The notes under the pieces: model-generated | Database searches by the model: none | Seen by the model: only the letters and a program-made list of their open reading frames with translations | Told to the model about the DNA's origin: nothing | In this document: piece by piece, positions 37,087 through 50,440 of the stretch | Numbering within the stretch: position 1 is the first letter of the stretch | Layout of the letters: each line of letters begins with the position of its first letter | Assembly: GCA_002633005.1 (NCBI GenBank) | Contig: NMRA01000550.1 | Coordinates: 1 to 64,000 of the forward strand | Direction: 5' to 3' | Origin: Phoronis australis | Lineage: Eukaryota; Animalia; Phoronida | DNA length: 64,000 nucleotides | Program-made: the position numbers and the translations under genes

Positions 37087-40000
37087 TCACTAATAAACAG
37101 AATCTAAGAGACCTACTTGTTTATGGTCCACAGCGTTTGCTCGCGAAACCTACTTCTTTTTGTAATGCTTATTGCACGTTTTATAGTTTGTGCAATCGGT
37201 TCTTAACAATTTTTTGTACTTAAAATAGTCTTCAGATGCCCAAAAGGCCAAATCCGTTTTTCGTGTTGGCAATAATGACGGGATTCCTTTGGAAATCGTC
37301 TTAAGTTAAGGTTTGACAAAGAGAGAATTAATGAGTTTCTGAGTCATTCACTTAGGCTTCGATTAAAATTCACATTTTACCAGTAGCTTCTGTTTTTTTC
37401 ATCGTCACTCAGGTTCCATTTTCTTTAAAAAATGAAGTAAATTTTCGCCATTGCACAGTGGAGCAGACGACGGAAACGGAGTCGTAGTGCGCAGCGCCAC
37501 TGCCGGTCGTCTGGGATATCGCGGGAGAGCCTACACTTAGCCATAGTTCCGTTACGAATGCGCCGTGTTCCGAATTTGACACTTGAAATTGGATCTGAGG
37601 CCCCCCACCCCCCAAACACTAAAACTGCACACATTTAAATCTTTTTTCATCCGTATAATTTTAATTACCGGGGCAAATTAATAAACTCAACATTTCCCTG
37701 CGCTCTTGCTGTTTTATTTTTTGCGACAGCCAAGAGGGGGGGGGGGGNTGTTTCTATGACGGTGTTTGTACAGAAAAACCAGTGTAATTATCGGGTTTGT
37801 TGATACTAATTTTGTCAAGAAATCGCTGATTGTACAGAACCGTATCTCAAGAGTCCCGCTTTATGAACAATAATAACAAAATAAAATGAAGCAATGAAAT
37901 TAGACCTGATTTGATAATTACAACTCTCGATCAAAACTTAGTTGAGCAGGCAGCCGGAAATTGACTATAAGTAACGACTTAACTGATCAATCACAACATA
38001 GCATTCTTGACACACCTTCGTTTTCATGTCGCCATCTTACCCGACAAGCAACTCGTTGCCTGGTAAAACTTACTGTTTATTTGTCTAAATTTAGCAAGGG
38101 GCGGAGTTTGCGACAGGTCAATTGTCAGTGCAAACTCTAGGTCACGTGCGAAGGGCTAGAGTTCTGTGCTACAAGTACATTTAGAGGGGATAGACGCTCC
38201 CCGGGCGTAAAGCTAGAGACGCCCAGTTGACGAATTGACTATTCAATTCGCTGACCGAAAACCCTAAAGAACCTGCCTTGTGTTGAGGCTTATCGTATGC
38301 GTGTGCTTGGGCACATGCGTCCGTGCATGTGAGAAAGTCGTGTGCCTATATTATCTGGCGTATGCGCATATATGCGAAACACTTGTTACAAACCGAGAAA
38401 CACATTTTCAAGTAATGAGTGAAACTTGACTTATCCCCAGATTCGAAATGCTTTCTGGGCTTAATTCTTTTTATTGTACATTGTATTTTTGTATTTAATA
38501 TTAAAAACGAACTTTGCTTACCCGTTACAGTGGTAGACCGTTTACCTTAATACGAGTCAAAACTCAGGAAGACCACCCAGTCTAGGACATGCCGAGCAAA
38601 TGAGCACCCAGAGCCTATGAAGGGTCATTTGTTCCATGCGCCTATATGCGAAACACTTACATAAAACATTATTTGAAAAACACATCAATGCCAAGCACAC
38701 GAAATGCTTATGTCGGGTCTAATGCCAACAGTACTATGCAGTTATCGCTTATAAAACGTTGTCTTCAGTCGTTGTAATCATTGAAGGCCTTGTGTTAATT
38801 CATTTTGCTTAAATAATGCTTGTTGGTGATTTTTGAAGAGCGCTTGTGGCTCTTCTGTTTGTAATTTCCGATGAACAATCGCGTTATCTTCTCACGTATT
38901 GATTCAGATCAACGAAGTGCAAGGCAAACAGTTCGTAAGTTTTATCTGCTCATCTGTCAGTGAGGGCGTCAGGAAATTGTCTTAATAAAGAATCAATTTT
39001 GTATCGTTTAATTGCATCAAAATCCCTAAATAGACTTAACGAGATTTTTGGTGATCACGTGTGACGAGGCTCGGAGTATCATTTTACATTGCCGGTCACG
39101 TGACACTACCTTTGTCTTCCCCCAAGATCAGTCCGTGTCAAACCCCTTTTGACCTCAGGTGGCACTGAACAGTTAGACTGCGGCCGCTACCATTTTGCAC
39201 TCCCGAAATGTTAAAATCCAGGGGTAGGCCAGGCTTTGGGGCATTTTTAGGTATTGTATGTAGCCCAAGTGAATTTGGTTTGTTTGTATTTGTGAACATG
39301 TTGAGAATTAAAAAAGGCCACTTTCTTGGCTGTAGCTGCACTCTTCTTCAAGATGGTGGCCCCCTGTTGCAGTTGTGCATTGCTGTGTAGCAACTGAGAA
39401 ATTGGCCGCGATTTCAGGTAGCCCTCAAACAAGCCAGATTTGCAAAAAAAACTAGTTGGTTGACAGTACTTTTGGACCACATTTTTGGAATCGGTAGGAA
39501 ATTTGCTTTCGGAATCTAATGTTGGCTTTAGTCGAGCATCGGCAAGAACTGACAAGTGGTGGTTTTGGGATGAAAAGTGCCGATTTTGCATTTTTTGTCC
39601 TTATTTTTCTTAGTCTAGCTTGGTTTCCACTGGGAGTGAAAGGGTCAAAAATACAAGAGAGAACAAAATTTCTGTGCTCATCTGTAGGGCTTGCGATGTG
39701 AAATGTCTCAAAACTTTTCTTTATTTGCATGCAGTTTTTGACAGAGTGAAGAAAGGGTGAAATGTCCATTGTCGAGTGTTCTGATAGGCAAATCCCTGTG
39801 AGAACTGTTCAATGCCTCCTCAGACACTCTGGTCTCGGAAACACAATAGATGACGTCACATTACAGTTTTGCAGTATTTACTATGTGGTCCTTCATAATT
39901 TAAGGATCGATAGGACCACTAACAACTGACTCCTCACGTTCAATGGACGTTGTTTAAATTTGCAGCTGTTATCGTAATTTCGTGACGGTCATTAACAAAG

Positions 40001-40636
40001 ATGGAGAAATCATAGGGAAGTGACCTGGTTCTGATCGTTCTATCGATGACTGAGCCGCCGTATGATTGATTTTGAAACGTTTGATTTGTTGGTGCCGAAA
40101 CCGGTCCGGTAAGAAGTCCGACAGCCCCAATATTTCTCCCGGCCACAAACTAGACCTACGTCGAAAACAGCATTTCGATGCCTCTAGTGTATGCACCAAA
40201 TGAGACTTGAATTCTCAGACTTTTGATTGCCAAAACTATTAATAGAATTACAGTGCTTCAAAGACTGATCAGTTGCATCAAGTCTTTAAGGCCAAACCAA
40301 CTACATGTTTTAAACATCTGACTGAACGCCTGGTAAGTTGTATGGTTTAAACCAGTGAGGTAAATTATATATAGTTCATTGATGTGAACCCAGTGCGCAG
40401 TGACTTGCTTTACTTAGTATCCCATTAAAATTGAATGTGAGAACAGAAGAATAACCCCAGTGCTCTAATCGAGATGCCATAACTGCACTGATTTTAATAC
40501 TCATTTCGTTTCGTAATGGGCATTAAGTTTTCAAGGCTGGTGATTATTTGATTATTCCGCGGTAACCGCGAGTGATGAACAGTGCATTGTATGTTATCCA
40601 CTTAACTTGAAACAAATACCGCTTTGTAAGTCTGGC

Positions 40637-41197
40637 CTCGCTGGTTCCCTGCGTGCCGCTAGATGGGGCGGTAGCCGCGCCAGCACGCAGGTATCACTTA
40701 AATTTCCTCTGTAAATTTTTTTACACCGGCGTTTCTGATTGGCTAGTCGAATTCTCAACAGGCAGCGCTTTGCGCAAACAAACTGGCATGACTGATGGAC
40801 TGAAGTGTAAATGTGGTCTGTTGTACAGACAAATCGGTTTTTAAAATTATGTTCAGGAAATGTGAAGCCTGGAAATTGTAATATTGAGCCTTTTCGGAAT
40901 ACATCTTTCTACTGTCGATGACTTTTGTTTACGATAGTGTCCTTATACAGTATGAATAACACACCGGTTAAATCGGCCACATAATATGTGTTTATTGTGC
41001 ATGTATGTGCTTCAAGCACGCGGCTATTAAACATCACTTCAGAAACGAAGGCTAAAAATCGTTCACAGTCCGCCATTTTTTCACAGTGTTGTAAAGCTAA
41101 CCAATGACTGCCAAGATTACATCGACCAATGCTAAAGCACGTGCCACTAGGTGATACCTGCGTGCTGGCTGGGCTAAGCACGCAGGGAACCAGCGAG
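40637..41197. mobile_element. non-autonomous TIR element with 10-bp TSD (MULE-like)
   Basis: perfect 20-bp TIR CTCGCTGGTTCCCTGCGTGC; TAAGTCTGGC duplicated at 40627-40636 and 41198-41207. Confidence 0.8.
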
Positions 41198-43092
41198 TAA
41201 GTCTGGCCAGCATGCCACCTATGACCACATCACGTGACCAAATGACCTAATTTTTATTGAAGAGCGGCCTTTTTCACCAGTACGTCAGGCCGGCTTGACG
41301 TCACTTAAAATTTTTCATTCATACTCTACTATCACAAGAACCTAAATTTTCTACCGATTCATCAAAACGAGCCTAACCTTCTGCCCTGTGTCCGTGGCGG
41401 GGCTAAAGAGTCAAATTCGGCTTTTAAAAACGGTGGTGCTTTTACAAGATCGCTGATGGTTTTAGATGCTGTTCAATTTAAGGAAACTGCAACGCCAACA
41501 TCCCCCCCTCCCCGCCCGACTGGTGCCTAACTTGTTTCGAAATATAGATGAACTAAGGTTTTGAAAATCAATAGACGTCACTAATATAAGAACATTTCAT
41601 GTATTTGTGTTCTCTGCCGAGAAGCGCATATTAAAAAGCAGAGTTCAGTGTCATGCAATTATGGCGGCCATTTTGCAAGTCAGGCTCATAATTCTCTGTA
41701 AAATTTTATGTATTTTGAAGGAGGTGAACATATATTGGGTGAACGTTGTTTGTGAAAACGTTTTTTGATTAATTGGTTTGCTTTAAAATTCGCGTTATAG
41801 TTTTATTTTTACAAAAATGATGGGGAAAGGTTTTCGGGTCAATTTAGCAAAATACACAGGTTTGGTTAAAGATGTTAAAAAGCGGCGATGAATGTCATGC
41901 TAATGTATGGCAGTGCAACTCCCGAAAGCAAACACGTATATGATATGCGGAAACGATGGTACACGTTCGATATCAGTATACGTTCATTTCTTGGCCGTTC
42001 TTGTAAAGATTAGGTCGTCACATGACAGGTACGCCAGAAAAGTACATCAACTGAACTATTGTAGTCTACATCGAGTCTTGACGTAATCTTTCTTTTGGGA
42101 AATGATTCTTTTCTGTGGATGCTATACTTAGACAGTCGCCCACAGATGAAAATCTATGGGATTTATCGATTTGTCTAAGTAATTACTCCACAAAGCCCAA
42201 CTGCTGCCATCAGAAATTCTTGCCTTGGATAAAAAGATATTCCAGCGGGTTTTGCGGCTTGGTTGAATGCTATGTGGTTCAAGTGGTAGTGCAAGTCACC
42301 CTTTCCCAGGATTTTGTTTCTAGAACCGCCATCCTTTAGCAGAGTTTACTTTCCTGTTGCACGGATTCACAGCAGATATTTCAACCCATTAAACCTAAAA
42401 AGCTACCAAAAGAGATGTCATGTTGTCAAAAATTAGTACAACTTTTGCAGTCGAACTTTTAAAATATAGATAATATTAAAAATCCGTCTGTAGGTTAGCG
42501 TGTTTGGAAAAAAAAGAACCTTTTGAAGATTTTCGATATTTTGTATGGATTTAAAGCGAAAAATGCGCTCTTTTGTTGGGAATTTTATCAGACAAGGTTC
42601 GTTTTCGTAAGGAAAGTGGCCGTCCATTTGAACGGGACGTCCAGTGTATCTCTTTTACGTGAGTGCCCCGCGGGCTCAGAACTCGCGTTCAGGCGTTGCG
42701 GGCACTTTCTCCTTTCTGTAATATTACGTCACGAAGGCGCTGTACGTGACTTACTGTATAAATTGAAAGCCACTGGTCGCAGATGTTCGCTTACCCTTGA
42801 GACTGAAACTGTACCAAACACCATAAAGGACAATCTTGTAGAGCCAATATATGTTATCGTTATTGGTAATTAGCTGAATAATCCGTTCTCTTGTAGTTAT
42901 ACTCAGCCAGACAGCATGCAATATCGATTGTTGGGATAGCCTTCCAGCGGCCCACTGTTGTGAAGCAGTTGTTAGCCAAAATGCATACAAGATCATATAT
43001 AAATATTTGGATAGGCAGGATCTCGCTTTCAATTAAATCTACCGGATTAGAAATTAAAGTGGCAGTTAGTGCTTGCTTTTCATTCCTCATCA

Positions 43093-43300
43093 TGTTTAGG
43101 TGACCAGCCCACTGTGAAGCAGTCGCGCGTAGGTTGTTTCAAAGTGTTTAGGTGACCAGCCCACTGTGAAGCAGTCGCGCGTAGGTTGTTTCGAAGTGTT
43201 TAGGTGACCAGCCCACTGTGAAGCAGTCGTGCGTAGGTTGTTTCAAAGTGTTTAGGTGACCAGTCCACTATGAAGCAGTCGTGCGTAGGTTGTTTTAAAG
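43093..43300. repeat. 52-bp tandem repeat x4
   Basis: tgtttaggtgaccagcccactgtgaagcagtcgcgcgtaggttgtttcaaag at 43093, 43145, 43197, 43249; no spacers. Confidence 0.95.
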
Positions 43301-44586
43301 TTTTTAAGAACGAATCTCACCAATTTTCGAAAATGGTCGACCGCAAATTTTCGGCACTGGTGTGTCCATTACATACCGTGACGTAAGCGTTGCAAAACCT
43401 CCCGTTTGGTTTCAACTGCCTGATACGTCAGCGGTTTGTTACTATGACGAGGCAAAGTCCAGATATCAATCTATTCCGTTCTTGGGCTCCATTGTCTGAT
43501 ATCAGGACTCCTGGTCACTGATCTACCACGCCTGCCAGTGGAAGAGATAAACCGTTAGTCAATGAGTACCACGTAGACCTAATCATCTATTTTATTAAAT
43601 TCTTATGGTATTCATTCGAGTCATGGTCCTAACTTTACTTTTTACGAGGAATTCAACTTCAGAAGTTTAACAGTTCAAAAAATCACCAGTTTTATACCAC
43701 GAAGCACGATGAATCAACTTATTTGAGCTCAGACCAATAAACTATTGGCATGAGAGTTTAGCCAGAGTTTTATTGCTGTGAATCCATCGCTATTGTCTTA
43801 GTTGATCCTCTTCACACAATAGATCAGAGTTCCTGATAAAAAGGTCTCTTGGCAACAGCGGGACTTACACAAATCTAGTGATGAAGCACATGGTACTGTT
43901 AACCGGCCGAGTTTCTATAGGGACTGAGCACTTACAGATCTAGGATGTCCGTGCAACCCTTAAAAACAGCATGTCAACGGCGGTTTTTATCTTTTGTTTT
44001 GGCCACTTTTACATCGAATCGAATCATGATCTTTGATCCAGGGTCAAAAATCCTACAGACCGCATTGCATTATTTAACAATAATATCGATGTTTTTTAGT
44101 GATCCGTATTCATTGCCGTAAACAAGGCAAGGGCATACGGTTTTGATGACGTGTCCTCGCATGAAATATAGAAAGGATTCGCTTCGATGTATAGCATAAA
44201 AATCAGTTTAATTTGAACGTTAGCCAAACTCGAGTTTAACAACTTAAAGGGGAATGAGTTCATTTTGCCTTTCTACATATCTTCGTTTCCGTGAGTTCTG
44301 GCTTAAGAGTGCTTATATGAGAGATGTCGCTGTTCAACATGTCTACTACGTAATGACCACGTGCTGTATCGAGCAAGCTGATTGGCTGGCACCTCAATAA
44401 ACTAATGTCTGTACTTAGTGATAAATCTATTTCTCATTGTTGCTGGCTCATTGAGAAAGTAATTTTACTCAGTCAGACGATAAGTGACGCTTTTACGAAC
44501 GGTTGACCAAAGTCTTGTGTGTCATGGGTGAAGGAACCAGACTTTGACCGGCACGAATTGGTCTTGACAAGGTCACCGTATACCTT

Positions 44587-44745
44587 CAGGGGCGGATCCA
44601 GGATTTTAAGTTAGGGGAGGCGAGGGCAGAGTATTACCCAGGATCTTGCCCGTCAGACATTCGCACACCCGAACTGCAAAATGGAATCTAGGAAAATTTG
44701 GGGGGACATGACCCCTTGCTCCCCCCCCCCTTAAATCCGCCACTG
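44587..44745. mobile_element. short GC-rich MITE, CAG(T/G)GGCGGAT family, 5-bp TSD
   Basis: caggggcggat / atccgccactg TIRs; ACCTT duplicated at 44582-44586 and 44746-44750. Confidence 0.8.
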
Positions 44746-44862
44746 ACCTTGTCTACGGCAGTAGTAAAAATCTCCCAGTGAATGCAGATTAGGCATTTCT
44801 ACGGATACAATAACCCAGTGATGAGTTTCGTAGACGCAAAAACCTCGCGAAGGAGGATAATA

Positions 44863-45277
44863 TTTTTTGGCGTCTCAATTTTTTCCGATGGACGTAGCAA
44901 GGTAAAAAGACATGGTTTTGTTAAATTCCTTCATCTTTCAGAAACTCCATTGAGTGTGCTGTATATAGTGATCGTGTGCTTCCCTTGCAGTACGTAGTGG
45001 TATCTCGCGAAGTCTCGTGTGATACTGCGTTTTCTCCAGGTTCTCGCATCCCCGGAACGCACGTAAGCAAGTACATGACAACAGATTGTATATTGGGCAA
45101 AGACCACAGTTCCAGTGGCTGATCTTGGCGTAATCTGATTCAAGATAAACCCTTATTTTCACTTTGTCACAACTTATAGATAGCACACTCAATGGGGTTT
45201 CTCAAAGATGAGGAAATTCAACAAAGTGAAGTATGTGTGCCTTGCTATGTCCATCGAAAAAACGAAACGCCAGAAAA
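44863..45277. repeat. foldback element with ~110-bp imperfect inverted arms
   Basis: gatggacgtagcaagg..catctttcagaaactccattgagtgtgct vs agcacactcaatggggtttctcaaagatg..ccttgctatgtccatc. Confidence 0.7.
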
Positions 45278-47289
45278 TGACCAATCAGTAGGCCTACAAT
45301 TTTGGCATTTCCCCCAAATCATTAATTCACGCCGGCCCACAGAGTGGATATAAAAATAGACTACAATGTTCTTGCACCCTAGATTTCTGAAATCTAGGAT
45401 AAAATACGTCATCACCTGCCATTTTTGCAATTTCCATTCGTCTGAAAGGTGCCTGTAGTTGCAGCAAAAATCGCGTTTATCAAGGACTTGAGGTTGTTCC
45501 TGGTGGAACAGCGCACTGGTCAAATGTCTGGACTTCATTCACTCAAGACAACTTCAAAGAACTACTGGATACCGTCCGTGGAAATCACTTCCCATTTACT
45601 CTCCACAGTTTTGTCGTTAAAACTGACTCACACCTTTTTTATTTCTGGTTGAGCCACAAAGGCCTGAACCGTGGCTTTCGACCACTAATTGATGGAACTC
45701 TGACAGTATACATATGTAAATCGAGTACCGTTCGATTGGGCATCGCTAGGAATATTTGACATTTTCATTAAAGAAGACTCTGAGGTCATGTTCGTCTGGT
45801 AACCTTGAGCGTTTTCATCGCATGGCTATTACCAGATACTATTGCCAAACTCCGTCTTTGTTGAGTTACGAATAGCCTATCTAATATAATGACATTCTTT
45901 AAAGAGGATCGTATTTCTGACTTGAAAATGCCCTGTTACAGTGACTTGAAATAATTAAGATCGTTGAAGACATCGAGGCTTCTAAATATCCCCTTGAGCA
46001 GACGAAGACAATTTGTAACTGAGTTCAGAAACGAGCGAGTCGCGACAACAGTCTTGATTACGCATGTGAACCAAGGATTAGTTTGTCTCGGTTAGCATGT
46101 TCCACAGCAACACATGCGCGCGACGCAAAACGTTTTATTTGCAATCTGACAATACAATTCTTTTTATGGTTGTGGAACCTTCTCGACAGGTCTAGGCATT
46201 TAGTTAAATATTTACAAATCCCTCGAATTAACCACATAAAAGTTGATCAGAAACTCTGCAGAGTCTTGCTTTTGATTTGAATACCATTCTGCTATTAATC
46301 AGATCAACTGAGCATGTTCTTTTATTAAGACTTGATAAAAATAAATGGTACAAATAACGTATCAATAGCATAGACAAACTCCTCTTGATAAAAAGCACAG
46401 AGTGTGAAAGTTTAGTTTGCGTCCGATCAGTCATATCTCAGATAATGAGTGATGTCCAGAAGGTTTTTAGTGTCTCACAATACGAAATATTATTGCAACA
46501 ACATGAAGCACTCTCCAACCTATCAATTTGAAAGGCGGGTAGAGAGAGGGGAATCAAAAAGTCTTTGCATTGGACACACTCACGTCAGAGGAAAATGGTT
46601 CTCAAGTCAGTAGTTTTTTTTGTCAAACTGAAGATGTCGCTGTGAAATGCATTCTGCGCCGCTGGCGAACTCAACACGGTGCGTATTCATTATCAAAATT
46701 ACATTGTACTCCATCCTTCCCCCGCCACAGGGTATCTGCAGCTATTCAAAGGAATACTGTTAACGGTATTGATCACATGACAAAGTGAATCGATAACTTT
46801 CCATTTCGAATTCGAAACGGCAATTCAGTGGTCTAACGATTCCCGTAAGTTAAAGGTACATTGGAAACAAATCATGAAAAGGATCAACACTTGTGTACAA
46901 CTACACACAATTTTCAATTCTGTCTTGACGCTCATTGGGGTTTTCCCTCTCAGATCATACTTATAATTTGCTACATCTAATACTCTGCATCGCGTACGTG
47001 TCGTACAATCCCCGCGTGAGTTTAAGATTGATGAGTTATATCTTGTTTTAGACATGAAATTAAATTAGAAGACATAGGCCATAAGATGTATGCTGTCTAG
47101 TGAAAATTATTAAAGTGTTTGGAGCCCAGTGTATCACAATGCATTTAAAAAAATATTAGTAATAATAATAACAATGACGACGAATATATTTGTATTATCA
47201 TTTAAGCAATGATAAAAATAAAACTAGTACTAATAAGGTATTGTAATTATTATCATGGCGATAATTTTAATATTGATTATGATTAGTAA

Positions 47290-47389
47290 CATGCACGCAC
47301 ACAGGGGGGGGGCTCTCGGGGGGCTCGTTCGAGCCGCCCCCCCCCCCCCNCCCCCCCCCCCCCCATAATGAAGGCTGGGTGCGCGCGTG
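47290..47389. mobile_element. CATGCGCGCACCC-family MITE (short)
   Basis: catgcacgcacac / gggtgcgcgcgtg ends; flanks agtaa/agtat. Confidence 0.65.
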
Positions 47390-47499
47390 AGTATAAGTAG
47401 GAATAGTAGTAATTGTTATAACTTTAGTTCGAGCGACATTGATAGCGACATGTTGTGATAGTGAGACCAACAACAGCACTAACAATGCACAGACAACAG

Positions 47500-47785
47500 C
47501 AGTGATAACGATAGTGATTGTAAGAGTATTAATGATAGTGATAGCAATAATAATAATGATAATAACAATGATACTGATAATAATAATGATAATAATAACG
47601 ATAATAATAATAATAATTACAATAATAATAATTACAATAATAATAATTATGATGATGACGACGATGATGATGGTGATGATGGCGATGGTGAGGATAGTGA
47701 TGATGTTGATGATGATGAGGATGATGATGATGATGATGATAAAGTAACAGTAATATAGTAATAAAATGAACAATAATAATAATAT
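47500..47785. repeat. (ATA)n/(ATG)n low-complexity trinucleotide tract
   Basis: read directly; source of the spurious poly-Ile/Met ORFs. Confidence 0.9.
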
Positions 47786-48875
47786 AAACGCCCAGACATG
47801 CTTTCTAGCGTCTAAGCTTAACTCATATTATCATGCATTGTATTTTTCGTATTTTTTTAATAAACATAAAAAACTAGAATAATAAAAGTCAATGATGCTT
47901 CTATAACGGAATATTTCCTATTTGCTTCTCCTCTTCCGTCAATCATCGTCAATGAGTAAGTAACAGTAATTACACGTCACCTTTAACAGATCGGTATCCA
48001 CGTGAGGTGAGCACTGTAACAAAGGTTGCCTTGTTATTACAGCTTGTCATAATTATATCAAAATGTGCGCTATACTTAGCAAGAGCAAAGTAGAGTGATG
48101 AGAAACAGGCTTGTTGACTTGAAGGCTGTGATTCTATTAGCGGGGAGGTTGATGTTTTGCTACTCGTTTGCGAGGATGCAGAGCAAAGACGATCCATTTT
48201 AATGGCCTAGTAAAATAGACTATAAAAATGTGTCACTTTACATTAGATATATTTAGCTTACTTGTCACGTGTCCTAACAGACACCATTACCAGGTAGAGT
48301 TCAATAATGCTAGGACCTCGCTAGAAAAGCAAGACTTCGCGAGATTACGTGAGATATTGCCGTGTACTTGAAATGAGAACACGGTTAGATTTTTCTAACC
48401 GCGTGACAGCTAGCTGTTGAACTCCACTCCGGTCGTGTGCGTACATATACTCATATTCACCAAGAGAGAAAGCTGAGAAATGTCTCGGACGAATTAATTT
48501 GTCGTCGTCAGGTCACTCAGGACAGTATTGCGCGACAAAAATAGATCAATAATTTGAACGGCATGACAAATCATTCTTCAAAAAATATGAGAGCTTACTT
48601 TTATTTAAACGTTGTTTTTAGAGCATGACTGCGTAATGTTTTCACCCCATGCCCGCTCACCCGTGTGTCCTGATTTTGAAATCACTCGCCGGTCACGAAG
48701 ATAGCCAGTATTCATGTTTTCATCGGACCATCTTATTTTTATGAGGGACGGTTTTACAATGACATTGATTACGAAACGCCATGAAGTCCGGTTATACACG
48801 TGTCAACTTGCATTTTATTTAGTTTTTTCTAAATATGAAATTAATACTTTGATCTACAAGTAAACCTATGCTTAA

Positions 48876-49135
48876 CATGCGCGCACCCAGCCTTCAATAT
48901 GGGGGGTGCTCGAATTCCTAACGTTGTGGACCTTTTGGTAACAAAATAGCCGGCGAACTAAAAAAAAACAAACGGACGCATCACTGTGAACTGTGAATTG
49001 CGCGTTTGTGCTTGTCTAGTGGACTTTTGTCTCATTTTTCGGACTTTTTGTTTCTCGCAGTCGGACCTTTTTACCTTTTTGCCCACTTCGCCAAATGGGG
49101 GGCTCATTCGAGCCCCCCCCCCGGGTGCGCGCATG
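48876..49135. mobile_element. CATGCGCGCACCC-family MITE
   Basis: perfect 13-bp TIR CATGCGCGCACCC / GGGTGCGCGCATG; flanks cttaa/ctaaa. Confidence 0.75.
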
Positions 49136-49159
49136 CTAAATTTCAAAATAGTAACAGTG

Positions 49160-49310
49160 CTCTCATTCGAGCCTGGGTTCGAATCCGGCAAAGTGACTGG
49201 CTGGTTACGACCAACTGCCATTTGTCTCGTGTTTCGCTATGCCAGTGAAGTGGGGACGTGAGAAATGTTACGTAAATATGTGGAGGACCCTAATGGAAAG
49301 CAGTTTTGCT
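49160..49310 (+). mobile_element. SINE fragment (B box plus LINE-like tail)
   Basis: GGGTTCGAATCC at 49175-49186; ggaccctaatggaaagcagt resembles the tail at 4680-4751 and 51683-51752. Confidence 0.45.
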
Positions 49311-49831
49311 TAAAATTCCTTAGAAAATTTCCACTACACGGCGTCCGAAATCAACTGAGATAATGATTGTTCAAAGTGCGGGCAATGTTTTGATTTTTCA
49401 AATACATATACATGTATGCTGGTAATTAAATGAACAATGCTGTATGTAAGATACTCGCATCACGAAATTCTGCGAAAAGGTTATTGTCAGTGCGAGAGAA
49501 ATGGGTAGGTTACAGTAGAGACATTCTGTTGACAGGGAGCTGTTTCTCTCAAACGGTCTTACTTTACTACGTGTTTTACAGCAAGTGTAAAAAAGACTTG
49601 TGACAAGTCGTAAAATTTGAATAAAATTTCCATTTAGACGCTGTGTAAAAATTTCGTAAAGAGCATAATATTTTAATGCCGGTAAAACAAGTCAATAGGA
49701 TCATTCAAAACTGTGTTTTCATTTCACGCTTGTATGAATAATTGAATTGTGTTAAAATAGCACAGAGACCTCATAACTCATAAACACAAGTAGCCGATTG
49801 AGAAGGGTGAAGGCATTTTCTTTCAATTACG

Positions 49832-49941
49832 CTCTCTCTCTCTCTCCTTTCTCTCTCCCTCTCCCTTTCTCTCTCCCTTTCCCCCCCCCCTCCTCTCTCT
49901 CTCTNNNNNNNNNNNNNNNNNNNNNNNNNNNNNNNNNNNNN

Positions 49942-49988
<47 letters not shown>
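49832..49988. repeat. (CT)n microsatellite containing an assembly N gap
   Basis: read directly, ~240 bp upstream of the RETSAT ATG. Confidence 0.95.
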
Positions 49989-49990
<2 letters not shown>

Positions 49991-50226
49991 GTCTATTTAT
50001 GGATAACAAAACAAATTAATAGTATCCATGATCTGACTGTGACATTTGAGATGTATTGAGCGCGTTCGTTTGTCACGGCTAGTCATTGGGAATGGCGGCT
50101 GCTTGACTGTATAGAGGCAGAGATGTACTGGGCTGATTGCAAGTTCGAATATTGATCATAAGGGCTTCAGTGGTCGACCGCAGATGGTACAACTCCAACC
50201 AGCTTGGGTACACGCACACACACACA

Positions 50227-50440
50227 ATGGGGTTGGTGGCCAACATCTCTTCTCTCGCGCTTGCAAACCTTTCAATTACCGTGCCAGTTATTGGAACTTT
50301 ATTGATAATTCTACTTTTATTATACCTCGTCGGAATTCTGAGACCATTTGGAAACCCGAGTCCGTTTAAACGGGTGAATATCAGAGAGCCTGTACAGTTC
50401 CAAGCAGACAGTGCCGTCAGGGATAAAGTTCTTAAAAGAG
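50227..50440 (+). CDS. RETSAT: all-trans-retinol 13,14-reductase (retinol saturase)-like, exon 1
   Basis: ATG at 50227; hydrophobic signal/anchor then NPSPFKRVNIREPVQFQADSAVRDKVLKR(G); AG|gtaagc, phase 1. Confidence 0.88.

Noticed and set aside
43093-43300. 52-bp repeat array as possible CRISPR
   Set aside because: Units are contiguous with no unique spacers, there are no cas genes, and the context is eukaryotic
47267-47773. 168-aa hydrophobic poly-Ile ORF and its antisense poly-Ile/Met ORF
   Set aside because: Translation artefacts of (ATA)n/(ATG)n microsatellite
49798-50019. RE/SL-repeat ORFs
   Set aside because: Translations of the (CT)n microsatellite spanning an N gap
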